Below are positions 63,231 to 64,000 of a DNA stretch of 64,000 nt, in pieces. The notes under the pieces were generated by a model. It searched no databases and was not told the origin of the DNA. It saw only the letters and a list, made by a program, of their open reading frames with translations. The stretch lies in contig NC_068984.1 of the NCBI RefSeq assembly GCF_001194135.2, positions 11,232,707 to 11,296,706 on the forward strand, in the 5' to 3' direction. The translations under genes were made by a program, and so were the position numbers. The DNA is from Octopus bimaculoides. Its lineage: Eukaryota. Every line of letters starts with the position of its first letter. The first letter of the stretch is position 1.

Positions 63231-64000
63231 AACATCAACAACAAATAAGGAGACTGACATACATTATGAAGCAAATATCGTACTCAAAAGTGGACACAGT
63301 TTTCTTGACAGTTCTCTGAGCTGTCAAGTCAGTTCTATGCGAAACACTGAAGTTTTAATCTGTTGTTGCGGTATTAGTATGGGGTGTTTGAAAATAAAGC
63401 AAAAGACAATGTAGTGAAACTACCTCTCTCACGGTTATTTATGTACAAATGTGAACGTAGCAGGTAACAACTCTTTCCCGCCTTGCTGTGTCATCACCTG
63501 ACTGACTATTATTTACGCGGCAATTATCTCCAGTCCTTTCGCCCCAGGATGCAAACCGACCAACCATGGCCATCTAATAAGGTCACGTGAGAGAGTGTTT
63601 TTCTGATGCTTTCTGGAGCCTATCGGTACCTATAAATAGCCTAAATTATCCGCGCCAACCTGTCGCGGCTTCAGATCTTCTAAGATCTGGTCGTAGACCA
63701 CACAGCCAGTTCCAGCGACGACATCAACAGCATCGTTCAACTGTTTACTACAATCCTCGTCCCCAGCGTCAACACGACTCCACGTACACAAGCAACCAAA
63801 CAGCAACCGCAGCTTCTCTTCTCAACCCTGTTGGGTGAATTGTTCACCACGAAATAACAGCCAGAATTCAACACCTGCGAGAACCCATCTGTATCAAGAA
63901 TCCGGCCCGGCATAGAAGCCTCAACTGCACGACAAGTGACTTAGCTCTGCCTCAACCTTAACCTCTTATATACAGACCTACAATCTAACTGTGTACCCTA

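Noticed and set aside
63560-64000. GC-richer segment at the window end, possibly the 5' part of a retroelement
   Set aside because: It is truncated by the window edge and has no diagnostic motif, so it could not be classified.

Overview
AT-rich eukaryotic genomic DNA, most likely from an octopus-type coleoid cephalopod (inferred from the SINE/microsatellite landscape and gene similarity). It has three N-gaps and two convergent spliced genes. On the + strand is the 3' part of a MAGI PDZ scaffold gene (six coding exons, 1049-22288) followed by an apparently very long 3' UTR. On the - strand is a nearly complete NitFhit gene (ten coding exons, 50506-29136). A Nit1 carbon-nitrogen hydrolase domain with an intact E-K-C triad is spliced in frame to a Fhit HIT-hydrolase domain with an intact HVHVH motif, giving about 443 aa from the internal Met. 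The standout signals are this Nit-Fhit 'Rosetta stone' fusion and two textbook U12 (minor spliceosome) GT-AG introns. One lies immediately before the Nit catalytic Cys codon and the other splits a conserved Fhit His codon. Introns and intergenic DNA are filled with tRNA-type SINEs whose heads and tails occur in all four combinations, MITEs (piggyBac-, hAT- and Tigger-like), a dead Tc1 and LINE remnants (RTE-like, RLE-type, CRE-like). There is also an ORF1-only retroelement that is inserted into a SINE and shares that SINE's 3' tail. All exon calls come from manual translation and splice-phase checks. No database searches were run.
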